From positions 62,001 through 97,401 of the forward strand of contig JALDZS010000078.1 of NCBI GenBank assembly GCA_022813965.1: 35,401 nt of DNA. The letters are read 5' to 3'. Shown here in pieces: positions 24,050-35,401 of this stretch. The stretch's first letter is position 1, and every line of letters begins with the position of its first letter. Source of the stretch: Toensbergia leucococca. Taxonomy: Eukaryota. The position numbers and the translations under genes were made by a program. The notes beneath the pieces are model-generated. The model did no database searches and had not been told where the DNA came from. It saw only the letters and a program-made list of their open reading frames with translations.

Positions 24050-24272
24050 CGTGCAGGATTGAAAGAGGGGGAATATGTAGAATGGCTGGACAGTGGGCAC
24101 TAGGTCATTTGGGAATTACGTAGTTTGGCTGAACTCGTAGTGATGTTCAAGTGGGTGACCAGTGGTTGAAGACGTAGAGGGAGTGGGTACTGGAATATGG
24201 ATACTCGAATAATATAAAGTGCTGCTTCTCATGAGTCAAGTGAGAATGTGACTTTCAAGAATCAGGGCAGTT

Positions 24273-24308
24273 GTTCCTCGAGGTTCCTAGTTGCTTCTCC
24301 AACCTTCT
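24273..24308 (-). promoter_or_regulatory. Putative step/gap-type heat shock elements upstream of HSP104
   Basis: nTTCn units at 24274, 24284, 24295 and 24305 (spacing 10, 11, 10), about 230 bp upstream of the ATG, with a TATA-like sequence near 24210-24218. Confidence 0.5.
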
Positions 24309-25823
24309 AGGCCCGAGGCTGACCGAAGACCCTCCGGATCCCGGAGCTATTCTAGTTTTTCCGGCTGCCAAGCTTTAAACTTCGAGCCTTCGCCACAAAG
24401 CTTTCGAGGTCTCCATCGCCGGAGTACAGCATACAAGATTTCTAGCTACAGGTTTCCTGCGCCTTATCGCCTATTTGACTCTTCTGCCTTTGTCGATTGG
24501 CCAGCCAAGAACCTGTAGCTGCCTCCGAGCACATGACGTGGATCCATAAACGCTCGTAACAGCGAACCCTGCTGATTGCAGCTTATTTCAGCTGAATCCA
24601 AGAGTTGCACCAAACTCCGCATCCATCCTTCGTCTTGAACCTTGCTTACATATATACAATGTGAGTGGTGAAAACCCTGCTTGAATCTGATTATTGCGAG
24701 GCCCGAGTCAATGTTTGCAACAATCCACTACTCACTATTTCTGAGGAAGTATTAAATGTGGGGCAAGAAACCGGAACCAATTCCTTCAAATTGTTGCTTA
24801 GATATACTACTGAGGTCGCAAGGTGTACTCCACATGATCTCTATATGAAGCCACCTACAATTTCTATTAAATTTATGGGGATACCTGACTTGATCCTGCT
24901 GTCATTGTCATCATGAAGCCTCTGCTTCTTGCTTTCGCCTAAATCATTTGCTTAATTACCGCTCAGAATTCAAGCAATGTATCCTCTACTCCTCAATTAT
25001 CATGGATACTTTGAATTGGGCTGAGAGATAGCTCTGAATTCAGTATGCGGGTCTGTCTTGAGAGAGGTCGTCTGTTTACCAAGATTGCTTACCCTTGATG
25101 TAAAAACTACTTGTTTCGTACTTTGTATTCTGCACACGGGTCCCGAAGTTCGTCTCAGAAGAGAGTAAGATCCCTATAACAAGGACAGAAATATCTAACA
25201 TAGTATTTGTTAGAACATCGCTACTTCCTTATCATCTTGTGACTGCTGCTACCGTCTCATGCCAATCATGTTCAAATCCGCCTTGAGACGTTCCTTAGGA
25301 AAGTGCCGTCTTCCCATCCAATAGCATCTGCCTGCTACACTATCAAGAAATGGATCGCCGAGCAGCTGTCTGGCGAGAATAGCCCTTACATGACTACTAT
25401 GCGACACAAGAACAGTCAAAGCCAGATGAAGCTTTACTGGAAAATGGTTCCACGTTATTGACTGTTGAATATCATTATGTTCCTCGACATTGGCGTTGTC
25501 CGTTTCTGTTCAGCTCTTAAATTCTTGCATTCTATGATCACTTTTCTGAACAAAGTCATTGTTCGTCCTCGAGCGCATCATGGTTCTTGACATTGAAATG
25601 GTTCCGGTTACACGGAGCAATGTTCAGGACTGTTCAATCTCTCTTCAACAGCCGCCATCTCACTCGAGTGTCTGTATAACAGACTTATCATCCGTGCTTT
25701 TTGTTTCACCGTTTCTTCTCTCTTTCTTCTCGATCATGGCACTCAACACAGCTTCAACCGGAGCATTGAATCTCATGTAAGTCGCCTCACCCCTTACCCA
25801 TTACTCTCCTCCACACAGCAAAC

Positions 25824-26696
25824 ATGTGCATCAAGAAATGCTACACTTACGAGTGCGGCCACTTGGATGTAGTCGCAGACTTGTGCCCCTACTACCCCTG
25901 TTCCTTCGTCGAACAATATGAACTCAACGAGCCTAAGTCGTGTCCAAATTGCAAATCCATCGAACAGGCCGCTAAGAAGAAAGAAATTGATGCAAAGTAC
26001 TATCAGAAGACGAAGGCGCTGACAGATGAAAACAAACAAGAGCTGCAGAAAAGGCAGGCTGAGGCAGAGGAGAGGACAAAGCAAAAGCTGGTGAGATTAA
26101 AGGAAGAACAGGAGCTGCAGAAGAAGGAAGAGGAGGAATATCGAGTAACAGAAGCGCTAGCAGAAGCGACAGCAAGACGAGCGATGAAGATAGCCGAGAA
26201 GAAAGCGTATGATGCGGAGAGGTGGAGGAAACAGCAGGAGCAGAGGAAGAACTGGCCAGGGGGCGAGGAGCAATGGCAAGAACACCTAGCTGATAGGAAG
26301 AAGCAGATTTATTCGAGAGATAGAAAAGAGGACCCAAAGAATCAGGAAAATGAGGACCAAAAGATGCGGCAAGAATTTTTGCAGGAGCAGAAGATGCGGC
26401 AAGAAGTGTTGCAGGAGATGAAGGAGGAGTTGATGGCGAGAGAAACGCCAAAAGAACGACAAGCGAGAGAAAGACGAGAGGCGAGAGCCGCTTACAAGAA
26501 GAAATGGGATGCGGACAAGAGGGCGAGGACTAGATTGCAAGAGAAGGAGGATAAGGAGAGATCACTGAAGAGGCGGAGTGAGGAGAGACGAAGTGAGGGG
26601 GAACAGGGCTACCAGCATGCAGACGTAAGGAAAACAGGAGACAACTGGATGCAAGAAATAGGGACTGCAGAACGTGAGGCGCAGCAAGGGTACTAG
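25824..26696 (+). CDS. Hypothetical protein with N-terminal Cys/His motif and charged coiled coil (290 aa; the frame continues to 27014 past one TAG)
   Basis: MCIKKCYTYECGH…C…C…CPNC putative metal-binding start, then an E/K/R/Q-rich helical region. Upstream intron 25777-25818 (GTAAGT…CAG). Confidence 0.7.
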   Translation: MCIKKCYTYECGHLDVVADLCPYYPCSFVEQYELNEPKSCPNCKSIEQAAKKKEIDAKYYQKTKALTDENKQELQKRQAEAEERTKQKLVRLKEEQELQKKEEEEYRVTEALAEATARRAMKIAEKKAYDAERWRKQQEQRKNWPGGEEQWQEHLADRKKQIYSRDRKEDPKNQENEDQKMRQEFLQEQKMRQEVLQEMKEELMARETPKERQARERREARAAYKKKWDADKRARTRLQEKEDKERSLKRRSEERRSEGEQGYQHADVRKTGDNWMQEIGTAEREAQQGY

Positions 26697-27628
26697 GATG
26701 CGGAACTAGGCACAGCAAAAGATCCCTGGTTGCAACAGCTAAGGACCACCGATTTCGACGCCCTAGAACCAGATCTGGGCCGCTCACTAGACCAGATGCT
26801 GGCGGAAATGGATGAGAACCCGCAGCTGATGCAGCAGGAAGTGGGAACGGCGGTAGGAGAAATTATGACGGAGTGGGAGGAGTGGCAGCAGGGGAGACGG
26901 CTGGATCAGGAAACCATAGTGGACGAGGAGATGAATGAAGACGAGTTTGGAGAAGGGGAGGCTGAGGAGGATGATCCGGGCGTTGCGATGGTTAGGAAGG
27001 CTTGGGGGAGGTAGAGGGGATAGATGTTGTTGGGGTGGTTGGGTGGGATTTGCTTGGGTGCGTGGTTTTGGATCTGGTAAGTGTGGAGGACGGGGAGATG
27101 AGAGATGGTTGATAAGGGGATAGTCCTTGCGTGCTTTTGAATGTTATATGAGTTCTTGCTTGCTCATGTGGATAGGATCTGTTTGAATGCTGATCGATTT
27201 ACCATACTTTTTATCATCCTAGACTATACGTGGTTTCTTTGCAGAGTTATTGGAAAGAATGTGATGGACTCAGCAAATACCTTATAATTGGCAATAGTAC
27301 CACAAAATAGGTCAGCCAATAGGTGACCAGCCTGCCGAGTATTCTGACTTCACAAGGAAACCTACGCTCATGTTTAGAGCCGTCTTTATCCGTACCTAAC
27401 GTTGTGACTTATGCTCATGTTCATAGCTCACTCGAGGAAGGTTTCAGCAACGATTTGGAAATCTCAAGAGATGCAGCACTGGTGCCATTTGTAGCAGCTT
27501 CTAGCAAGACTGGGCATCACCCAGAAAACTCTTGCAACACTCCTCTGTCTGACAGCATAACGCCCGCAGGCTACTAAAAACCTCGCAGTGACGGAAAAGA
27601 AGTGTAAACTTCCCGGAAAATCCAGATC

Positions 27629-27730
27629 ACTGCCTAACAACGTCTACTGCCTAACAACGTCTACTGCCTAACAACGTCTACTGCCTAACAACGTCTACTG
27701 CCTAACAACGTCTACTGCCTAACAACGTCT
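27629..27730. repeat. Perfect tandem repeat, 6 x 17 bp (ACTGCCTAACAACGTCT)
   Basis: Six identical head-to-tail copies with no spacers. Confidence 0.97.
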
Positions 27731-27751
27731 AACACTCTTGAGTGAAGATAA

Positions 27752-29208
27752 TCAGTACTCCCGATGTCCATAGATACACTTCGGATCGTCACAATCCTTG
27801 CCTTTGCGAATTTTGTTGCATAAAGCCTGACGGGAAATGAACCATACTGCGTTATAAGTCTTAAGATCGAGCGGAGGCAATGTATGAAGGCGTGGGCAAC
27901 CTGTACACTCACCACGGAGGTAAAACCAGTGACATAGACGACCACTTCTCACAGCCTTGACCGAGGCATCAGTGACGAACAATTTTTTGTCAATTCGTTG
28001 ACCTTCCTCATTGCGCAAAACCGGTCCCAGTCTCTCGGAATCGATCTCTGGATTAATATACGGAGGTTTTGAGACTAAGCTCGATGGTGTGGTAGGAAGA
28101 TATGGTGGAGTGGCAACTACAAAATCGTTGGCTTCATCAGAGCCAAAAACGGTCCCGAGTCTGAGAGTTCTCTTAAATCCTAGCGTAGCGATGCCTCGCT
28201 CAATTGTACCACCCTGAAGTAGGGTAATGCGCTCGCAAATGGAATCATTTGCTGCAAATTGCTCCAGAAAAGGAACATAACCGGTATCGTGACAACAACC
28301 GAGGACGATATGCTTGCATTGGAAATTGTCAATGTACAAGTTGAACGTCTCTAGAAACAAGGAAAAGGACAAACGTCAATCACGAAACTGATGAGCGGTT
28401 GCAAAACTCTTTTGGGTAGCCACTCACCTCGAATCTTATGGTCAGCTCGCTCTTTCCCGCTACCAACATCAACAAAGTCGAAAAGGGCTCGCCGTTGTGT
28501 AAAGCCATTTGCGAACAAATGTAGATCGCCAATGGAACTCTTCATTTTCCCATTCTTGACACAAGCTTTCCCGAGACCTTTCAAATTGGCGTAGGCTCGC
28601 ACAACAACGTCAACACTGTCCGAATCTTTCATAAAACTTCTCATATGCTCCCTAATCTTCAGTAGCATTTCATCCGCCGCCGCTTTACCACCTTCTTCCT
28701 CTTTGTTCAAAAACTTCTCGTGAAACTAAGCGGCCACTTTGGGTCAGACAATATTCTGTACAAGGAAAGTAGCGCTATTAGGAATCGTACAATGTAGTCA
28801 TCAGCGTCGGCATCAATCAAGACCAACACAAACGCTTTCTTATTCTGTGGAGAGACCCCATATGCAGTCAGGATCGATCAAAGTCCTCACCTCATCAAAG
28901 GGCATACCATCAAACTTTCAAGGTCGAGGTTGGCCTGTTTCAACTCCAACGCATGCTCATGATATCGACGACGCTCCTCCCTGGCGCTTATTAGGTCAAG
29001 TGAGCTTTGTTGCCCATCATGGCGAGCCTCATCCAATTGATCAATGAGCTCCTTTTCGCCGAGTCGTCAGTTGATTTCTCCTAGAGGTCAAACGTCCTTC
29101 TTTACCCACATTTATCAAGGCTTCCTTTTGCGTATCGACCGTCTTAAGCTTTTCGAGGCGTTCCCGATATTCTCTTATGTCAGTGATGCCTTTGGGATTG
29201 CCATCCAT
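27752..29208 (-). CDS. Coiled-coil + NYN/PIN-like (DUF7923-type) + tandem CCCH zinc-finger protein (~397 aa); exons 29208-29110, 29051-28908, 28844-28791, 28725-28428, 28350-27752
   Basis: Four GT-AG introns give 1194 nt in frame. Motifs FVLVLIDAD, VRAYANLKGL, FDFVDVGSGKERADHKI, HIVLGCCHDTGY, RNEEGQRID, CHWFYLRGECTGCPRLH and CNKIRKGKDCDDPKCIYGH. Confidence 0.85.
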
Positions 29209-29702
29209 GTTGGAGGCTAATGTTGGCCTGTCATGAGGTGAGCCGCGCTTACGATGAGGGCATCTATGTTGCTAACCGTCGATACCCCTGTCTCTTGAAA
29301 GTACCTCGGGAGCTCGGGTCCAAAAGAGAACCAGAATTTTGTGCACCTTATTATCGCCTTGTTTTGTAGTCGTTTATCCACGTACAGCATGTTGTATGTG
29401 AGGTTCCAGAATTCACATCTACCTTCTTGGCATGCTTGACTATTTGAGTATTCACACAGCCTTCACTTCGACTCTACCTATGAACTCACAGGAAATTTAG
29501 TTTTCATAGGTACATTCACCTTCGCGACGTCTGGAACTAGCGTCTCCCACTGTCTTTGCTTCAATGACCTACAGTCACACGCGTTGCAGGCTCCTCTGTA
29601 TGTGAGAGAATTGTGCTCATACTCTTTGATCATTTTGTACTGTGTTCATCGTTTCGTATCCCTTATCGACTACATCACACTTCTCATTCGACGCTGGTGT
29701 TG

Positions 29703-30686
29703 TCATTGACCCTCCACTTTCGGCTTGATCAACTCCTTGACCTCTTCCGACTTTGTGGCTTGTTCAAAGTCTGGCCTGGGAATCTCAATCCCTTCAGTTG
29801 TCCGTCCGTATGTAATGCCACCCAATCGACTCATCGGTCTCAACACGGCGGGATCTATGATGTTCTTTTCCTCGTTGATCGCGTCTTCTCTCACCCAAAA
29901 CCTTGTGCCTTCAATGATCGCCATTACTCCAGTCTTCTTACCGGGTGTGGCTCGACTCTCGAATTCTTTGGTTTCTATTAGATTACCTTCTATCGAGAAT
30001 ACGGACTCCTTGACTCTTGACGCTTTGACTGTCGTGCAAGGCGCAGGATGTAAGCCGGACAGACTCCATTCGGAAACACCGTACGGGGCATTTATGGAAG
30101 CGCTGTTCGCAGCCTCTACAAAGTGTTCGGAGATCATGTTGATCACGCATTCCTTGGTATCGACGAGATTCCTCAGATTGTCTTTCGCATTGGCAAATCC
30201 GCCTGCAAAACCAACGACGAAAATGGGTGGATCATGGTTGATGACCTGCGTATATGACATGGGGGCCAAGTTTGTTGAGGTTCCTGGTAACTATCAATGT
30301 CCTGATAATCTGCTCAAGAATTCAAATTCATCCGTACCATCTTTTGATCTTGTTGAAATGAAACCAATGGGCCTCGGTATAATGCCAGATATTAGAAGCT
30401 TGTAATTAAAGGCTGCCGGTCTACCTTCCTCATAAGGATCGATTTCTATGTGCTTCTTCTCGAGACTTTCACCTCCATCGCTGGCGCCCTGGCCATACTT
30501 CCAGCCGGGATCTTTGGTCTTGGTGTAGTTCCACCCTGCATGCGTTCGCCAGTCCGGCCTAGAAGCTTCTACTTTGGCAAAGTCTGGATGGGGATTACGC
30601 TTTATTTCTTTCTCGGCGTCCATTCGCAGCTGATGGGCCGGGGGGTCATGATCTCGCTGCTCGTCGTCGCCGAAATTCTTAGTCAT
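29703..30686 (-). CDS. Flavin reductase-like FMN-binding split-barrel protein (flavoredoxin type; ~309 aa); exons 30686-30338, 30283-29703
   Basis: RNPHPDF, YKLLISGIIPRPIGFIST, NLAPMSY, KDNLRN, ECVIN, LRPMSRLGGITY. One in-frame GT-AG intron. An alternative start at 30623 is possible. Confidence 0.88.
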
Positions 30687-31132
30687 GATTGAACAAAGTA
30701 CGGTAATTGAGCACTCGTACTCGGCGGTGTGGGAGTACTATGAGTCTGGTCAGGAACACTGATAATTTCCAAATTAGTCAGGATACAGTGCGATATAATA
30801 TTATAGATTTCCGAGGGTTCCGTGATAACCGTAATCACCACCAGTAATTAAGGTATTTATTAAATGAGAAGCCGAGATTCGCCGTGGTCTCACAAGATCA
30901 CGTACGGAGGAGTTCGATGGCAGAATACAATTTCACCACTAGCAGCAATGCATGTCGCCCCACAACAAGTCAAGGTACTCCGTATCCACTGACATGACGT
31001 TGCTGTGTTCTTATCGATTGCGGGGGTCAATGGGAGAGGGGCGAAGACCAAGAGAGGGGAAGACTGCTATCGCCTGCATAGGTAAATGGCATGGCTCATT
31101 GTACCATTATGCTTGAACATTGAACTCTCACC

Positions 31133-32487
31133 ATGTCGAAGCCTGATTACGAGACCTTCCAGCTCGGACATTTTGACCTTCAATGCGGCGCCTCGATCCC
31201 CGCTGCCTATATCGCATACAAGACCTTTGGAGATCCCAAGTCTCCGGCTATAGTCTATCCAACATGGTATTCCGGATGTGAGGACCCGCATGAAACCCTT
31301 TTGCTTGTGCTTTATTCTGACAGCTTCCAGCAATATCAGACAATGTATGGCTGATAGGAGAGGATAAAACCCTGAACCCAAAGCGTGTATGGGCCATTGG
31401 CTTTGCGAGTCACTACTAAAAGCTCCATGGCTCATTGCTGCAGTACTTTATCATCATCCCCGCTCTATTCGGCAATGGCCAATCCTCGTCTCCTTCGAAT
31501 CATCCAACAGCTAAACCCTTCCCCAACGTCTCCTTCTACGACAACGTTCGAGCCCAATATGAGCTAGTGACCAAATACTTTGGCATCAAGCACCTCCGTG
31601 CCGTCTTGGGATGGTCGATGGGTGCAGGGCAAACGTATCAATGGGCTACCCAATACCCAGAATTCATGGATTTAGCAATCCCTTTCTGCGGCTCCGCTAA
31701 AACATCCTTGCACAATCAAGTTTTTTTGGAGGGTGTAAAGAGTGCTATGCTTGCTGCTAAGTTGGTACCATCTGCGGGCTCTGGTCAAGGCGGTGCTGTG
31801 GTGAAAGGGGAAAAGTACAGGACGTGGACGGATGAGGAGAAGTCTGTTGGTATGAAGGCGTTTGGGCGAGGGTATGCTGGATGGTATGAAGGCTGTTTCC
31901 CTGCAAATTGGACGACGAATTTCGCGACACTGACAGTTCAAATAGGGGTTTCAGTCAGGCTTTCTACCGCGAGAAGGTTCACGAAAAGCATTTCGGATTC
32001 CCGGACCTAGAGTCCTTTCTAGTCGGCTTCTGGGAGAAATGGGCTTGCTCAAAGGGTCAATTTCCTTCATCCCAAAATCATTATCATTTCCGCTAACACC
32101 ACCAATAGACCCTGAGAACATGCTCGTAATGCTGCAAACCTGGCAAAGCGGCGATTGCTCCCAGCAAGAACCCTACAATGGCAACTTTGAAAAATCAATG
32201 CAAGGCATCAAAGCCAAGACCTTGGTCCTACCTTCAAAAACAGATTTGTATTTCCCGTGAGTATGCTGTCGTTTTGTCACCTTCGCTGGTTAGACTGACG
32301 AGGTTTTGGGGGGGTTAGACCCGAGGATTCCGAGTATGAAGTGGCGAATATGGAACCGGGGATTGGGCGGCTGGAAGTCTTTCCTTCCATCTGGGGACAT
32401 TGGGCTGGTGGACCTGGAGATAGCTCTGAGGACGTGAAGTGGCTTGATCATCATTTGGCGGCATTTATTGATGAAAAGGTTTCTTAG
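31133..32487 (+). CDS. Homoserine O-acetyltransferase-like alpha/beta hydrolase (~355 aa); exons 31133-31277, 31331-31386, 31444-31883, 31946-32055, 32109-32256, 32319-32487
   Basis: Five GT-AG introns give 1068 nt in frame. IAYKTFG, GNGQSSSPSN, GWSMGA nucleophile elbow, TDLYFP (Asp), SIWGHWAG (His). Confidence 0.9.
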
Positions 32488-33160
32488 CGGATTTCATCGG
32501 ATTATGATACAGGTTCCTTTCGATGTGAGTGTAGATTTGTTCTGCGGTTGCCCTTCAATGCTGACGTTCTAGGTATTATCGATCTTCTACAATGTGATTT
32601 CTATGAGCCTTTCATGCTTGTTAAGGCGTTTACAAACCAAGATGCAAAGACAATACTAATGACTAACACTACTGCATCGTATCAATAAGTCTAGCCCCCT
32701 AAAAGTCACTCATGGAGTGTGAATACGTCAGCTGTTCAAAGTCAACTGTCATCTCATAAGTTTTCCTTTATGTTAATTCAGTTGAAGATGTTCGTCCAAG
32801 GCTGCTTGTCAAAGACTATCTAATAAAGAAGCCTGAAATGTATTTTGGTCTCGTTATTGCGTTTCTCTATATTCGCTTCCAGATATCTCCATCAACCTAA
32901 GCAGATTTCCAAGATTGTATTTGAGGCCATTTTCTCTCGATCGCCTACGATGTGGAGGAGTATTACGATGCTGCATGACTTTAGGCACCTCGCACGTTTC
33001 AGTCACTTCCATCTCCTGATTACAGCCGACAGCTAACACCCGATAGTCGACAACCACGACTGACGATACTTTTTGCTAGTTATAAGTCCAAGAGCCTCTT
33101 TCCGCAAACGTTCTGCGTAATTTTTCGCGAATCCGGCTCCGATCTGATTTCGAACCAAAA

Positions 33161-34545
33161 ATGTCTGAACCTACCGGGAGCGACTTCATAACATCAGTGC
33201 CAATACAATACGGTGACATACCCGTTTCACCGAATATTTGGCGCTGCCGTGAGCAGTATGGTACTGGCCTCAGTGTTTCCAACTGCTTTTTGGCTGCGAG
33301 TTTCTTACCCCCTGGAACTACACCAGTCCCATATGTTGTCAACAGAAGAGGCGCCCATAGTGTGCCATGGACTATTCGGGTTGGTCAGTGAGCAAAGAAT
33401 GGAACATTAGGCACTATGGAAATCATAGTCAGCGCTAAAACTATTTCAGATGAGTGCGCAATTACGCTTAAGATGGCTGGTCCTGCTGTCCATCCTTACA
33501 GCTACACCATCATACCGAGCGATGTTCGTTCATTAGCAGGTAAATTACCAAGACAGAAATGCCATTTTGCCGTTATTTGAATTGTTAATGAGCTTCATAT
33601 AGCTTGGGTCATTGGTCAGTGCGTTCATGGGGAAGGGGGCATAGGGGGTTTTGGTACATTACTGTTTGAGAATATGGTCAACTATGTCAACGCGCCTACA
33701 ATGAACTTCAACGATCCTTATCGTAAGACTATTAATCTTCCTCTCTCTCTACTTACACAGTGACACTGGCTTATTCAGACAAGCTTCGTCCAGTACCTTC
33801 TTCACACTCAGCGTCACAGGTCCAATCCAGAAAACGATAGGACCGGGTGACCTTGATCCTATGATACCACTTATGTTCTCCGAGACCGGAAAAGCTGGAC
33901 AACCTGAGCGGAAGCTTGAAGACCATGATTCATGGTACTTGACAGCTCTAGGGTTGAGCGGAAACATGCTGGCTGGAGGCCAAAAACCGTGGTGGAAATA
34001 TAGAGAGAATCAGGATACTACCACTCAGAATGATGAAATGGCCTACGAATGTGATGCTAATCTAGGAGCTCCTAGCGAAATCGACTGCACTCGACTGGAG
34101 TACTCTGAACTTGGCGTCCCGTCTGACACGGTGACAATCCTTGCCGGCATACCCAAAATGCTCTTCTCGGGGATGTGCAACCTTGCTATTTCCACTCTCG
34201 TGACCATCACGATTACATGGGCACAAGTGAGCGCGGCACTTGATACGCTCATAGATTATTGCGTCTCAACACAACGGCCAGCGCTTGGGGGGAAAGCATA
34301 CTACAAATCTTCGAACAACAATCGGGGAAGGAGGAAGAGAGTGACGTCGCAGGTCTCCGGTAGGTCTTCTTCAATGATTGATTTCCCCGATGGATTGTCA
34401 AATACGAACATCCCTCTGTATGAGTCCACGGCGAATAAAAAGCTTGAGGTGAAAACTAACTTTTACGATGGCTGCTTCAGGTTTGAACGCCCTGCCACCA
34501 CCTGTAAAACTCACCCTATATCAGTCAGGGCACTTTGTCCCCTGA
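33161..34545 (+). CDS. Cys-rich two-module hypothetical protein (>=357 aa; 5' end uncertain); exons 33161-33383, 33450-33539, 33603-33722, 33784-34359, 34481-34545
   Basis: Four GT-AG introns join in frame (1074 nt). Two similar modules of the form C…C…C-x-I…CV…GG (WRCREQYG…NC…ECAI…QCVHGEGGIGG and YECDANLG…DC…MCNLAI…YCVS…LGG). The frame is also open upstream to about 33087. Confidence 0.7.
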
Positions 34546-35401
34546 TATGAGAAGCAGAGCTGGCATTTCTTATATCGCTCCCATGGAAACATACCCAAAG
34601 GATCAATGTACAGACCTAGGCACGATCATCGTGCTTGAAGGAAGAGTCGTGGATTCTACAAAGCGGCGAAGAAAGCAAACGAAGGAGCCCTGCTCATCTA
34701 CCAGTACTCTACAATGATCCGAGAGATACCCGAATGTTTTGTCCGCAGATGTTGTGTGACGGTTGAAAGAAATAAGATCCTCCGTTTCGCCCTAATCTTG
34801 CAAGCTGTATCTTAGGCCTCGAAAGCTATGCACTAGAGTCATTTGAAATTTGGGAATGGCTGAAGGAGGATCAGATTTATTCTGTACTCGGAACTTCGTG
34901 AGGTTGAGTTTCGGCTTATATTTATGATCTGCAATGTTGCCTTTACCTAGGTCCCGCCTTGTGAGCCCGCCTGTGATCTTTACATCGAGCAATGATCTAG
35001 AAAGTATGCGGTGTCATACTGTCATTCTTGGTTTTGTTAGCTTGTACCACGTTCATAAATATTTCAAAATTCACCCAAAAATTGCTACTGAACGCAATAG
35101 CTGACGGTTTTTCGAAACCTATGAAAGTGATATCTACTACTTTTCAGCCATCAATACGCCAGCAGATGGAACTCGATGCTGAGCCTCGCTTCAAAATGCA
35201 GCTTGATACGGCAGCTGTGAAGTCGTCCCAACCAGCCAACACAAGTCTCAGGAGCTACCGGACGCTCAAAGACAGACGCTTCCCCTTCACTTGGGTTCAT
35301 CAAAGTACACAAAGAGGATACTAACGCTACTGGACAATAGAACTGGAAGGCATCACCAAAGACCACAATTTTCTTTATTCCATTGTGATACTAAAAATCT
35401 C

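Noticed and set aside
24050..24100. GTG-initiated N-terminal extension of Hsp104 (similarly TTG 1606 for BNI4)
   Set aside because: Artefact of the ORF caller allowing alternative starts. No evidence for non-AUG initiation.
27629..27730. CRISPR-like array
   Set aside because: The repeats are contiguous with no unique spacers, there are no cas genes, and the context is eukaryotic.
35028..35324. IADGFSKPM resembles the copia RNase H motif ADGLTKPL
   Set aside because: A single short motif with no other RT/RNase H blocks nearby, so it cannot be distinguished from chance without a search.

Overview
Eukaryotic, intron-containing DNA from a filamentous ascomycete (short GT-AG introns with CTRAY branch points; a lichen-forming lineage is possible but is only my inference). 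I reconstructed these genes by hand: a Bni4-like PP1-targeting protein, an intracellular GH13_5 alpha-amylase, a proline-rich AIM3/BBC1-like protein followed by a stand-alone cysteine-proteinase-fold ORF, an ELO fatty-acid elongase, HSP104, a Cys-motif coiled-coil protein, a NYN/PIN-like plus CCCH zinc-finger protein, a divergent flavin-reductase-like / homoserine-acetyltransferase-like pair, and a Cys-rich two-module hypothetical protein. The most unusual part is 6.8-8.1 kb. It holds an intact solo Ty1/copia-type gag ORF with no pol, zinc knuckle or visible LTRs, preceded by a candidate 5'-UTR intron. That intron contains a 566-bp hAT-like non-autonomous element (17-bp perfect TIRs, 8-bp TSD). 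Also notable are a single in-frame TAG that replaces a CAG in an internal repeat of the coiled-coil gene, and a perfect 6 x 17-bp tandem repeat just downstream of a stop codon. Family assignments come from motif recognition, not database searches.
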